A DNA stretch of 64,000 bases from Bigelowiella natans CCMP2755 (lineage: Eukaryota; Protista; Cercozoa): positions 12,296 to 76,295 of the forward strand of contig ADNK01000533.1 in NCBI GenBank assembly GCA_000320545.1, written 5' to 3'. Both the position numbers and the translations under genes were made by a program. The notes below the pieces were generated by a model. It was not told the DNA's origin. It saw only the letters and a program-made list of their open reading frames with translations, and made no database searches. This document shows positions 1 through 12,800 of the stretch, in pieces; the first letter of the stretch is position 1, and each line of letters begins with the position of its first letter.

Positions 1-272
1 CTTTCCTTGCCATGGTGGTGTTTGAGCTGTGTTCAATAATGGGAAGTCTTTTCGAGGGATGGTATAATTCCGTAAAGCAGTCGATGTTCGAGGAAAGATA
101 CCTGATTGGGAAGCGTCTTCATAATTTTGGCGAGACTGTAAAGCCAGAGAGCAAAGTGTCTGTCGAGACTAAAGAAAGCAAGCTTGCTGTTGATAGCAAG
201 GATGATGATGGCAAAACAGGGGAGCAACACCAAGGTTCAACCGAAGTTAAGAGCCAAAATATAACAATGTGA
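1..272 (+). CDS. MARCH6: 3' end of MARCH6/Doa10/SUD1-type E3 ubiquitin ligase (partial)
   Basis: WYNSVKQSMFEERYLIGKRLHNFGE matches the conserved Doa10/MARCH6/SUD1 C-terminal element (..DDRYLIGRRLHNF..). Stop at 272; the gene starts upstream of the window. Confidence 0.75.
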   Translation, partial: FLAMVVFELCSIMGSLFEGWYNSVKQSMFEERYLIGKRLHNFGETVKPESKVSVETKESKLAVDSKDDDGKTGEQHQGSTEVKSQNITM

Positions 273-637
273 AATCCGCATTTCTTTAAATCAATAGGCA
301 CCGAATAGAAAATTCAACAAAAATTATTAGATTTAAAAAAGTAAAAAATTAATCTAGTCTAATATCGGCGTTAGTTAGTCATCTGCCGAAGCAAAAAATT
401 AGAGATAAAAGAAACAAACAAAATAAATTTGCTTATGTTGTATCTGAATTCCAGAAAATAACATTGATACATCTTAAAGTTCACATTGTTTCGTTCGTGT
501 CATGGCCACACATCTAGATATTGCGCGTGCGCCGCCATGTGCTTTTACGATATCTGTTCAGCTATGCTGCATCTACATCGATATCTCTGAAACTACAAAT
601 CGTATCATATCTGTCAATCGAGCTCCTCTAGCTCCTC

Positions 638-688
<51 letters not shown>

Positions 689-999
689 CTAGCTCTCTCT
701 CTGTGTGTCTGTACGTTTTTCTGGGACCGCACGATCTTGCGATGCAAGCAGCGTAGCAAAGATGTCAACCCCCGATGGCATGTGGCGTAGATGTTTGGCC
801 GATGTTATGCTGCGCCTGACACGATGTACATGCATGCCATGATGCTACAATAATAATTGCGGCCCTAGTTATAACAGAAGTCAATTCAAATGTATGTTAT
901 ATCTAGCTAGCTAGGTATGACATTTAAACCAAATTTATCTAGGCTCGTCATAGCATCTGTGTGTAGCTAGATATAGCTGCCAAATCCATGCGTTGTTCA

Positions 1000-1652
1000 G
1001 CGGAGTTTGCTATATAGTTAAGCAACGTTGCTATGCTAAGGTTGGTTTTACATGTTATAATAACATATATTTGAAAAGGAAACTGAAAGCACACAACAAA
1101 ACAATCATGCGGAACGCCGAATTGAACTTCAAAACTAATGCGAAGAAAGAGGGAACCAAGGCCATGCATTTGAAAAAACTTGATTTCATGCCTGGCTCTC
1201 GGACAACAGGAATCACATTGAAGCTGCCAAGAATTGCCACATCATGGATGCGCGCCATCTGTGGTGTTGGCAATCTTGGTGCATTCATGCTGTCCAGAGG
1301 ACAACGCACAAAACTGGAAGCAACATGCGATGTGTGCAACACATTGCAAGACATGGACCACATTCTGCAATGCAGGAAATACGGACCACACCGACTCAGA
1401 ATCAACAAACAACTGACAGCGATCATGGATCGCAATGACGAGACCACGCGTCTCACAACCGCAGAGAAAACAAGTCGAGAAGCTGCGCGCAAAGCGCGCC
1501 ATGCTAGACCAAAACAGGATGCATTTTCATGCATGCGCCATGTGACCAAGGAAACAAATAGATACAATTTAAGCGCTGTAGCCGCTGCATTGCACAGCTA
1601 CATTAGGATGACCATTGAAACAATTTAAACATTTCATTACATCCGTCTCATA
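1000..1652 (+). mobile_element. 5'-truncated, TpA-depleted non-LTR retrotransposon 3' fragment
   Basis: ORF 993..1628 carries a C-terminal CCHC knuckle (CDVCNTLQDMDHILQC) typical of LINE ORF2 ends. Its last part recurs at 17108-17165, 18061-18201, 41500-41527 and 44868-44891. Confidence 0.65.
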
Positions 1653-1823
1653 TTTGATTAGCCTAGCTATGCGAGTTACACGACATCCAATTTTGCTTCA
1701 TAAAGTCAGGGGTGATGCTAGTGACGTGAAGTCGGGCACCCGTGTAGACATAAATAATAATAAACAGCTACATTAGAGCTTCGATCCAATCTATAAAGAA
1801 GCCATCAGACAGAACCATTTTAT

Positions 1824-3688
1824 CTAGCCTCGAGACTGAAATTGCCGCATGCACCAGTCAAAACCCTGTACCCATTGATTATGGCTGTAGCAGAAAATCA
1901 ATTCGAAACCAAAACGCATCTGTTAGGGAACTAAATTTATTGAAATAATTCGCGAAAAAATTCCTATGAGTGCTGTTAAATACTCGATGTAGTGGCCCAT
2001 CCGTGGTACTAATCTCATCTCAACGTTGAGACCATAGCTCTTTAGTTCCTTCATTCCCGCCAACGCGAGCTGAGGCCTCACGACGTCGTCATCTTTGCCA
2101 TGATAAGCAAGAATCTAAATGAAAAATAATAGCCGTTCGTGAAGACCAGTCTCTAAGCTCCAGAGCATCATTGTAACGAATATAACTTATATTACTTTAG
2201 TTTCCTGGTTCGCTTCGGCGAAGGCCTCCGGATATCTGTATCAGAGAACAGTCAGAAAAAACACGCTTACACATTCAATCAGTTTGGGTTAGAGGTGGAC
2301 AGTGCCGATTACATACCTCTCAAACTCAACCACATAGCCAGCCCACATCATTACCGCACACAACTTGACCGGATAACGCAAACTAAAAAAGATTTCATTT
2401 AACCTCAGTCGAAGGACAACGAAAGCAAAGGCGGCGGCGATACATACGCTGCATGAAGTGCTAGGGAAGCTCCTTGACCAAAACCCTGAGCCATATTATT
2501 GGAAGAGCAAAAAGATAAATAGTGAGGTCCAGCGTGCAGATCATAGTGACTGCTGAAGAAAAGTACCGCAATTATTATATTTTCTGAGCCGATGATTGCT
2601 TCCTCGTGTTCCAGAATACGTATGACAGCCTGACCGTGTTTACCCAAACGTATCACAAGTTAAGTTTTCCCCATTTTTTAAAAAAATGTTTGGTCCACAT
2701 GGCCGACCTGGTGACTCTCGCGGATCCCCGCTGCGTCTTCTTCATCCGCTGGGTTTCCTTGAGAGTCCTCCTGCTCAATATCCCACCTATCGATACAATG
2801 AGAGAAGATTACCACCAAAGCATATCTCAGACAATTCTGCGTGTATTAGTGACCATGCTCGAGCCTCTCGTTCATCCAGAGCTGTCAGTGGAATCTTGGG
2901 GGCGTTTGGAATTACAACTTTCACATCTGCAGAAATGGCATGTGGGAAAATATGTCATAATCGAAGAACTCTTCTTAATTTTTTATTTTTGCAGTACACA
3001 CCATCTGGAGATATCATCGTCATCATTGTCTTGGCTTTTGAATTGCCCTCGTCGATCCTGAGGGGAACCCGTTGTTCATTATCATCATCATCATCAATTA
3101 TCTTCATCATCATCTTCTTCTTCTTCATCATATCTTCATCATATCTCAGATAAATCTCTTTTTGAGATTTTCATGCTCTCTTACCCATGCAGCCAAACCA
3201 GGGTGTACTTGTGGTGCTCCGGATCGATGATGTGGCACGTGTCAAGGATATCATCTAACGTTTACATCTAAGTCAGGGCACTGATCATATATCTTCTCTG
3301 GTTTGTTCGAGAGAAGCTATCTCTACTAATGCACGCACAACCTGGCTCTTCGTCATCAGGATCCACCAATGGCGAGCGATAGAGGTTTCTTTCAATTTTC
3401 TTTGCAAGTCTAGAAAATAGGGCAGCAACAGTAGCATAATCATCGAATAGACGGACATCACTCTTTCGGGATGGCATGCAAGTTTGAATCATACCCCTTC
3501 CTCTCGACACGCTGTCGCTCCTTTTCCTGGAAGATCTCCATAATTCTGCGTTTTCGTTCCTCCGCGTCTGCATCAGATGTGCTTGCGAGCCACCGCTTCT
3601 GCACCATCTGTGCGAAGATTGGTGATCTCCGGGCGGCGGCCGGCAAGGCACGTCGCCAAAGCGCAACGGCTGCGGCGTTAAGTGCCAT
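1824..3688 (-). CDS. Acyl-protein thioesterase/lysophospholipase-like alpha/beta hydrolase, multi-exon, mitochondrial-type presequence, nucleophile Ser>Gly
   Basis: Spliced exons give TLVWLHG, VIPNAP, IIIAGFGQGASLAL, ILAYHGKDDDVV and RMGHY. Arg/Ala-rich N-terminus MALNAAAVALWRRALPAAARRS; GT-AG introns; stop at 1824-1826. Confidence 0.8.
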
Positions 3689-3787
3689 TGCGAGCGGTCG
3701 GTCCGGTTCGACGATTGCCTGTGGGAACGCTGGTCGTTTTAGAGGTGCGACGTACGGTATTGGGAACGAATACTTGGCGTTTTATAC

Positions 3788-6616
3788 ATGCGACATGGTA
3801 TAAATATCTCCTTCCGGACACTCCGAAGCAGTAGTACTCGAAGAGGGGATAGAAAGAACAACTTCCGGGAGGGGAGGGAGGCACTTTCGAAGCGAGAGAA
3901 GAAAAGGACTCAGCCAGCGCCCTGTCGCAATCATGTGGCGCTCCTCCTCCAGCAGCTTCGAGAAGCAAAGGGACAAGGTGGGATTGGGATAAAAAGAAGG
4001 GTATTTCATGACTCGACTAAGCGTTGTTCGTGTTTTAGGCGAAGATTGAAAGACTGGAAAGAGAGGTAGATCTGTTAAGCTCACTCTTTCGCTCCGCTTT
4101 GCTAGTTTATTTCGTTTCCATACACGGCGGAGATAATCTCTAGCTTCATATCTTAACTTAGAATCGAAGGGAGATTTAAAATTGGGAGAGCAGTGAAAAA
4201 TAGTAATCCTCAAAAGTTAAGACGCTATATTGTATATGTTTGGATGCAGGTCGCCTCCCTACGAGCTGAGATGGCAACAGTCAAGGTGCGTGAGGCGCTT
4301 GCTTTTTACATAGCACGCATAGCAGATTGCAGATTCGTATTTTGATTCGAATTTTAAATAATATCCAGGAGACATGCAAGCTTCTCCTGAGAACGTTTTC
4401 CCCATCTCTACCTGCGGAGTCTCAACAGCTTTTGCAGCATCTCGACTCGGCTGGGGGTACCTCCGGAAGGCAGCAAAATTTCGCCCAAAGGAGAACGGCG
4501 CCGCCTGTGCGGGCAGCTCCTCCATCGCATCAACAGCCAAACGTTAGACAAGCAAGAACGGTGACACAACGAGCTCCGAAGAATGAATCACCCAAAGCAG
4601 GTCAGAATGTGCATAGGAAGCAGTGAGTCAACGCTGTTGTTTGATGAATATCGACGCCTAATCACAGCTCCCGAGGGAGTCGTTGGCGCCTACAATAGCT
4701 CTGTTATGGGAGACGGCCAACTGATCTCCCATTTCGAACAGCCTTCTGTTTTGGTCGTTAAGGGGATCACTGGGTATTCGTCTTTCTCTCTCTCTCTCTT
4801 TCTCTCTTTCTCTCTCTCTTCCCTCCCCCCCCCCCCCTTATCTCTCCCCCTCTCTCACAAGACGTTGTCTAGAGCCATTCATCATTATCATCATCATCAT
4901 CATAAAAACATCAAATATCCTGATTTTTCCCATCGGATGACACGTTACCATCTTTCATCGTCAAGGTTCAAGAGTCTAGTCATGCATGACCCGAAACTTG
5001 CTGCACAGGGGTAACAATAGCTTCAGCACCTGGCATGAAAAGAAAGATTGGTTGATTCGTGTATGCAATCACGCCATATGTAAAGGGGTCGGTTCTACTA
5101 CGCGGTCGAGTTGCGCTACGACGCCCAGAAGGGCCCTCGCAGGAAGATACTCGGGCAGGTGTGTTGCAGGATATCTAAAGATGCTGCTGCTACTGGTGGA
5201 GACGGCATGAGCGGTGGTTTGGTTGTGGTGGTAGTGATGATGGTGATGAGGATGACGATGATGATGATCGAGGAAACAAAAGTTTGCAGGCTGGGATATC
5301 ATGTGTTTATGTTGGTTACATCTTGTAGCACGACGCTCTTTTTCAAAAAATCGTGGTGCCTTAAACGAAGAATATAGCATTGATGGTGTGGAATTTTTTG
5401 TGTGGTGTTTGTGCAGTTCGGATGGGTGGCGTCTTCCTTCGTGGCCCGAGCGAAGTGGTCCCGTGGATACGGCGTTGGTGACTACGACGACTCTTGGGTG
5501 AATCACTAAAATGATAGCCGCATTGATACGGATAGATCGAGACTTACGAGGATCGATCCCCCCCGCCCCCCCACCTCTGGCTGAGATGCTGCTCACCACC
5601 ACTGTCAATTCCTCATTCATCAGGCGGTGGACTTCTCGAGGCAAGAGGCCTTCCATGCCGCGAAGTCGAAGAAATACGGCCTTAAAGCGAAAAGGGGGGA
5701 TATCGTTGGCTGCGGCATCGACACGATCCAAGGTGATGATGATGAAACAACAGGAAACAGACCCAAAGCGAACGATTCGACATCGTGAAGGGTACATGAG
5801 GAGGGGGGGGGGGGAAGGAGAAGCATGACAATGGTGATCTGACCCGTATGTTAGCACCGGCGCTAGCTCACTGACTTGTGCTTTCTTTCCTCTCTCTTTT
5901 TGTTGTCGTGCACGTGATACGTAGGGACCATCGAGTTCTTCCATAACGGAAACCCTCTGGTAGTAGTGTAAGTGAGTGAGTGTTTGACGAGTGGGTGCGA
6001 GAGTGGGGAAGGGGAGGACCACGCCACCCCCTTCGCGTCATCGTCATCATCAATACAATACAATCATCTTTCTTCTCCTCCCTCTTCTTCATATCATCAT
6101 CATGCGAAAACGATGAAGGATATGATTTTTTATCCAACAAACAGAGACGCCATCTTTCTAATCTTAGAGACGCTGAAATTAGCCATGCTCGTAATGGGAA
6201 CATAATTGTCATTCACCTCTTTTCCCATCGAATTCGGGATGCCCCCCCCTTACCGTAGGGTCTTGCTTATGAGGTTGAATTCCGACACAAAAATAGCAGC
6301 CAAAAGTTCTTTCCCGGCGTTACTGTCCAATCTGCGGCTGGTAATACCGACGACACACGCTCGCCTCATATTGTGTACAAACGTCTCATGTGTGGTCGGG
6401 TTTCAGTAAATGATTGCTGACCCCCCCCCCCTTTGCTTGCTCGTTGGCGGTCTTCTTCCATTCCCTAGTTGTTGCTGTCTACGTTGATGCGGATAACATG
6501 CCGAGGGGTGTTCCCCCCGGTTATAAAGCTGTTGGGAAGGATCTTAGGTATGCTGGGCTGGCAGTAGTTGCATACAATGGAGAGCCTTCGATTCTCTCTC
6601 TTCCCCCTTCCCCCTC

Positions 6617-6654
<38 letters not shown>

Positions 6655-7211
6655 CTCTCTGTATTTGTGAGTGTGTGTGTGTGTGTCATTCTGTTCTCTG
6701 GTTCTTTGAATCTTGGAACTAGCGATTTGGTTTCTGAAGTTGGAACAGAGCCAGGAATAGTTTTGCATCATTCATCTTCCCATTACCTCCTTCCCCCAAC
6801 CCCCAGACCCCCGGATGTGAGAAGAGATGCAACCTACCAAGGTTGAAGAGGAAAAAAAGGGGGAAGAAGGGAAGGGAGAGGGATGATGACTATCATCACC
6901 GTGGAAAAATACTAAGTACCCGTCGAAAGTATCATCTTTTCCCTTATTCTAGTATTGTACGCAACTTACTCTCTCTATCCTCTTCTTCTTCTTCTTCTTC
7001 TTCTTCGTCTCTTCTCTACTCTCCCGCGCTCCCCATTACCATTATCTTCCTCGTTGTCTTCATCGCATCATCGCCATTTATTGCATTTCTTTCCCTTAGC
7101 GTCGCTGTCGAATAAGGCTTCTTCCCCGTCCGATGTGAAGCAACTCGTGACAGAAAACAGGGCGTTCTCGACGCTCGTGCTGCAGAATAACATCAATCGG
7201 AGAAGTGTGTA

Positions 7212-7246
<35 letters not shown>

Positions 7247-7497
7247 AAGAGAGAATGGAACCCAAAAACAAACCAGATGCACAGGGAAAGACACGATGAA
7301 ACGAGAATTCTTTGAATAGATTGGTTGAAATCAAACAGGCCGAAGGCATTCCGATGCCCTGCTATATTTTGCACCACCCCGCTTCTTCGCTCATCCCCTT
7401 TACATTTATCCCCATCATGTGGCTGGTGGTGGCCATTCGGATTTCCCGTCACACACACACACATCCACACACACACACACACACACCTACATATATC

Positions 7498-7541
<44 letters not shown>

Positions 7542-7680
7542 CATGTATATTTATGTTTGCATATATTTACTGGAACAGATGAAGTGGCCTACAGCATGTA
7601 CGGCAGGAGCTTAGTTCCAGCAGGATGCAGCTCTTACGATTACTATGGTCGTGATTTAAGTAGTAGTCAATTTGTACATA

Positions 7681-7711
<31 letters not shown>

Positions 7712-8868
7712 CTCTATAATATCGGCAAGAACGGTTGGAATAAGAATAGTTGTTAGTACCGACTAGAATTAGTCGCCTTCTTTCGTCTCACACACCGGCG
7801 GAAAGCGGGCGACATGTTCCTTGTGGAACTCACACACGAGTCTACGCGTGGAAAGATAACATTCGTAGATTGACCGCCATATGGCGAGGAAAACTGAATG
7901 AGAGAGAGAGAAAGAGAGAAAAAAAAAATCAAAACTAATACTACAACCCCCTTCTTCCCCCCCCCCCCCCCCCTTTCTCTCTTTTCCTTGCTACTGCCAC
8001 GCCGCCACAGTGAGGGTGGCGTGCGAGGGCACGGTACTGGTGGAAGGGCAATACTACTACGAGATATTCTTCGCGTCCGTCGATAGATCGTACTTCGGCT
8101 GGCGCGTGATTCCGCAGCAGAAGGCCACATCCCCCTCGCAAAAGGTGTTTCTTCCTGGAGAACCGGTGATGATAACCGACGGCGGCAAGGATCTGACGAC
8201 GCCGAAGATCAGCAAAGGGGCTCAGCTGTTCATTGGTTGGCGAAGCAGCAAGGACTCTTACGCTGTGCGGGTGATGAACCCCTCCGACCCCATGCACCGC
8301 GTGGTAGAAGTGCCCGCCTCCCGACTACGTGCCGTTCTCCTCGCTAGCCATGGCGACTACAGGGTCACGGTTAAGCCGGAAGAGGACAAGCTTTCGTTCC
8401 TCCTCAAGTTTGATACCAATGACCGGAGGGTTAGTTCTTCATCCTCGTCGTCATTATCGTCATCATCATCATCATAATCATCGCTATCACCATTGCCTCC
8501 TCCTCCTCCTCCTTGAACTATATAAAACGGATCGTTTGATTGATTCTTCACTGCTGGCGCTGTTATGTATGTTTATATATGTGTGTGTGTTGTATTGGCG
8601 AGCAGCTGTATCCCGGAGCAGGAGGCGAGGTGGTGATGCTAGACAACAAGACCGATTTCCGGAAGAATGGGAGAGAGCTGCATGGCGTCACCATAGGCTC
8701 GTTAATAGATATGGAGAATCACCATATATCATGGTTTTTCGAGGGAAAGCTGGTATGTACTGAAAGTGATACATGCACACGCACTCTCAGCTTCTCACAA
8801 TCACTGCCACGACAACGGACGCGGAACTAATTTTAAAAAACCTTTAGCCCAGCGCCCTTCTCCATGAC

Positions 8869-8904
<36 letters not shown>

Positions 8905-9813
8905 AGTGGTGGTGATGGTGGTGATATGATGTGATGGACAGTTCGGTACGGCAAAGATTCCGCCTGGAAGAGCATGGGCCCCACAATTTCTTACGAAAAA
9001 CAAGCCGGAAGTGTACTTCTGCTTTGATAGGGCTACATGGAGATTCCCCCCTCCCCCCCCTCTCGGGGCAAGAGCAGGGGCACAAGTGAAATGGCTTCAT
9101 GACCCCCACCCCGTACCTTCTCCAGAGCCGTTCCTCGCAGGGAACGTGATGGGGATGACGGACCCGATTGCCGAACAGAAGAGGGAGGAGCAGCGGCGGA
9201 AACAGAGAGAGGAGGAGGTGGAGGAGGAGGAGAAGAAGAAGCGCTCGCAGTCGATCCATCCGAAGCCGTCTCCTCCATCATCTGCAGGATATGGGCATGC
9301 GGTAGGAACCAAGGCGTCGAGGGGGGAGGAGGAGGAGGGGTATGAAGAGAATGATGCGTTCGGTTACCAGGAAGCAGAAGAGGTGGATGCGGCAGCAGGA
9401 GCAGGGGGGGGGGAGCAAGCCACAGCGGCTGCAAGCTCTAACAGCGCGTACGCCGACATTGCCAGCTCACTCAACTACGACAACCCGGAAGAGGCGGAGG
9501 AGCTCGTGCAGAATGCGTATCAGGAGCTCCAAAAAGACGGCGAAGCAGCAGCCGCAGCAGCCCCCGTCGAGAACTTCTACGCCGGGGCCGACAACTACAT
9601 AGATCTGGGAGAGGTGTACGCCGATGTGGGAGAGGCGTCTACAGTCGATTCCGCCGCTGCTGCTGCAGAGGCTACGGCAAGCGACGACCCGGAAAGGAAA
9701 GGAGGAGGAGTGACAGAAGAGGAGAGGAAAGACATGGAGGCGAAGCGCAGGAAGCAGTTGGAGGCGCAGCTACGCATCCGGGAGGAAGGGCTCAAGAGGG
9801 GCGACTGGGTATT

Positions 9814-9844
<31 letters not shown>

Positions 9845-12800
9845 CTTTATGCCACCACAAATATCAGTAGTAGTAGAGGTGGTGGTAGTAGTGGTAGTAG
9901 TAGTAGTAGTAGTAGTAGTAGGTGATAGAAAGTACAGCAGCACATTACTCTTTTCCTAAGATTTGCACGATGTCCCTCGGAGATCTCCTGCGGGTGGGCG
10001 CTGCTGCTGCCTGCTGTCCTTTGCTCAGTAGTCGCTGTACAGCCCACAGTAGAGAGCAATGACACGAAATAACCTATAATTTACCCAAGAACGGAGCAGG
10101 GTGCTAAATAAGAGTTGTGCGTGTTTGCAATTTTCATGCTTTGTTTTTTTATCGAAGAATTCAAGGTTCCAAGCCATATTGGAGACGCTTCCAGGGTCCA
10201 CTGTCAAGGGGAGAGGGACAGTGACCGTCGAGGAAAAGGGGGCGGACGAGATCGGAGAAGAGGTCGATGATGATGATCCGTACGGCGTGCCTGCCCAGGA
10301 AGACGAAGGTATTATTGTTATTATTATTTTATTACGTCAGTGCCACGACGGGAGAATGAATGCCGTCGATGTTTGTGAGGAAGAAGAAGAATGATGATGG
10401 TTATAATGATGATGATTGCTTGAGATTTAAGTGTGTATGGCCTTCCCCCATCCTAGCTCCAGTCTCTTCCTCCTCCTCCTCCTCACTTTCCTCTTTTTCA
10501 TTCTTCAACCCTCCACCCATCCCCTTTTGCCAGGTGGCAGTATGGCTACAACGGCCCCTGCTCGAAGAGGCAGCGTTATCCTGTCGGCAGAGAAAGGCAA
10601 GGAGAGTGAGAGCGCTATGGTGGAGATATCCACGCTCATCGCCAAATTTTGGGAGGAGGCAGCGCCAGTCGCGCGCACGATCATCGAGGAGTAAGCAACC
10701 CTAGTATTAGAAACACCAATCAACGGCAGAGCCAGCAAGGATGATGGGGATGATGATGACGACGAGGACGATGATGATGATGATATGCTTCGATGGCGGT
10801 TCTTCGCTGCTACGCTGCTGCTCTATTGCCACGTAGCTGAGTAATAGTCTGACAACAACTCTCTGCCCCCCGATCCCATGATAACAGGTACTCCGTGAGT
10901 CCGGCGGAGAAGACGTACAAACCATTCGGCGCGGGGGGGCTAGCCGGTGGCGAGAAGTACAAAGTTGGGTCGCTGTTTATGAAGTTTGCGAACGACTGGC
11001 AGGGGATATACAAGGCGCACGAGTTTGCTCTCAAGGCCGCCAACCGGGAGATGCTCGGCCTCCGTGCCTACCTTGACCTAAGAGTGAAGGGACTGCACTT
11101 TCCGCTGGTTATCCTAGTTGACTACCTCGGCCACCGGCTCATCTGCTCCTCGCTCCTCCCCATCGACAGTTCTTCGCTCGTGTACGGGTCAGACGACCAA
11201 GGCCGCACCGTCCACATGAGCGACGGGGAGTGCAACCGCATTATGGAGGTATAGACGATGATGATGATGCAGACGCTATCAGCTCACGTCATACATGCAT
11301 ATAGGGGGTAGGGAGGGGGGGGCGGGCGGCAGGAGAAAGAGTTTCTTTCGGTGTCATCGTCGTCGTTGTCGTCGTCGTCATTATCATCACATCATCACCA
11401 CCATTATCGTCGTTGAATACGCCGCACATTATCAATGCCGTAACGACAATAACGATTTCATCTATTGCTGCCTCCTCTTGCTCCAGGCGGCGGGCAAGGC
11501 ACTGAATCTTAAGGGACACGTCGTGGCGGGAAAGACGATATTTTCGTGCGGAGATATTGAGGTGCACCGCGGACAAGATGGACGTCTGTACCTGCTAGAT
11601 ACGGCGCGTGTCTTTCCGCCCGAAGCCCCTGCCCCGATGATCTCGGCGTTGTTGATACCTCCAGGCGGTGGGCACCGTCAGGCCCGCGACATCACCCGCG
11701 AAAACTCTAGGAAATGGAAGATCTTAGACGTCGAGAAGCGCACACTCAAAGAGAACATTCACTCGCTGCTCGGCGCTAAGGCAGAGGACGTCGTTGGCAT
11801 CCCCTGCGAGTCGTTCATGGCCTTCTGCAGCCGCAGCGCCACAGAAGTCAACGTCCGCGCGTCCAACACCGTCTCCAAGCTGCTGCGGGGCACCGTGTGC
11901 TTCGTCCCCCGCACGGAGAGCCGGCACCTGTTTGAAATGCTCCGTCCGGAGCTGGTCAAGAGATCGCCCAAGCCTCTCTCGAGCGACGCCTGGAGCCGTT
12001 TCGGGCTGCACAATCACCAGGAGCACAACCTCGAGGTGCAGAAGGCTACTTCGCTGCTGCCGCAGGAGGCCATAAACGCCTTCATCGCGCGCTGCGGACG
12101 GGGCGAGATCGTCGCGTCACAGCAGGAGCTGATCCACGTGCTGCACAGCATGGGCATTAATTGCCGCTTCCTCGGTCGCGTGCGCAGCGCCATCAATGCA
12201 GAGATACAGACGATAGAGCGGGGCAACAAGAGCGTCCAGCTGAGGGAGCGGCTCAAGTTCATTGGCCAGATGCTCCTCACGCAGATGGTGGCCCGCGTGC
12301 ACAAGGCCAAGATACGGAGGGAGCTCCGTGAGCTGGGGACGTCCTCCAAGCAGGCCGTCATTGCTCGCATCGTCAAGAGCCTGAACACCGCTCTTGGGGC
12401 CAAGATGGCCCTGGAGAACCTTCCGATGTACATGCCGCGGAAGAAGAAGGCACTGAGACCCATGAGCATAGGCGGTGATAGCAATGAGGGGGGGGGGGGC
12501 GAGGCCGACGGCAACGGAGACCCCCTCGACTACCGGGCCGAGGTATTCGATGACAACACCTACAACGACATGCTGAAAATCCGCGTGCAGATGAAGTACG
12601 GGATGCGATCGAGCGCCTTCGCGCGCGAGGAGATGGAGCCCACTTTCTTCCTCATGGACCAGATTCCACGCCTGGGGCTGCTCTCTGCGTTGACCCTCAG
12701 TCTGGGGGTGCAAGTCAGGCTGGAGCGGATGATCGAGCTGGCCAAGCTGGACTCGGAGATCCTAATGGAAAAGCAGCGAAGGTATCGTCGATCCGGTGCC

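Noticed and set aside
1700-1745. Possible hammerhead ribozyme or snoRNA
   Set aside because: It lacks the CUGANGA/GAAA core and a proper C/D box pair.
5069-10207. Minus-strand and microsatellite-derived ORFs (poly-H, LSLS, CVCV, YIYI)
   Set aside because: They are antisense to real exons or translations of intronic simple repeats.
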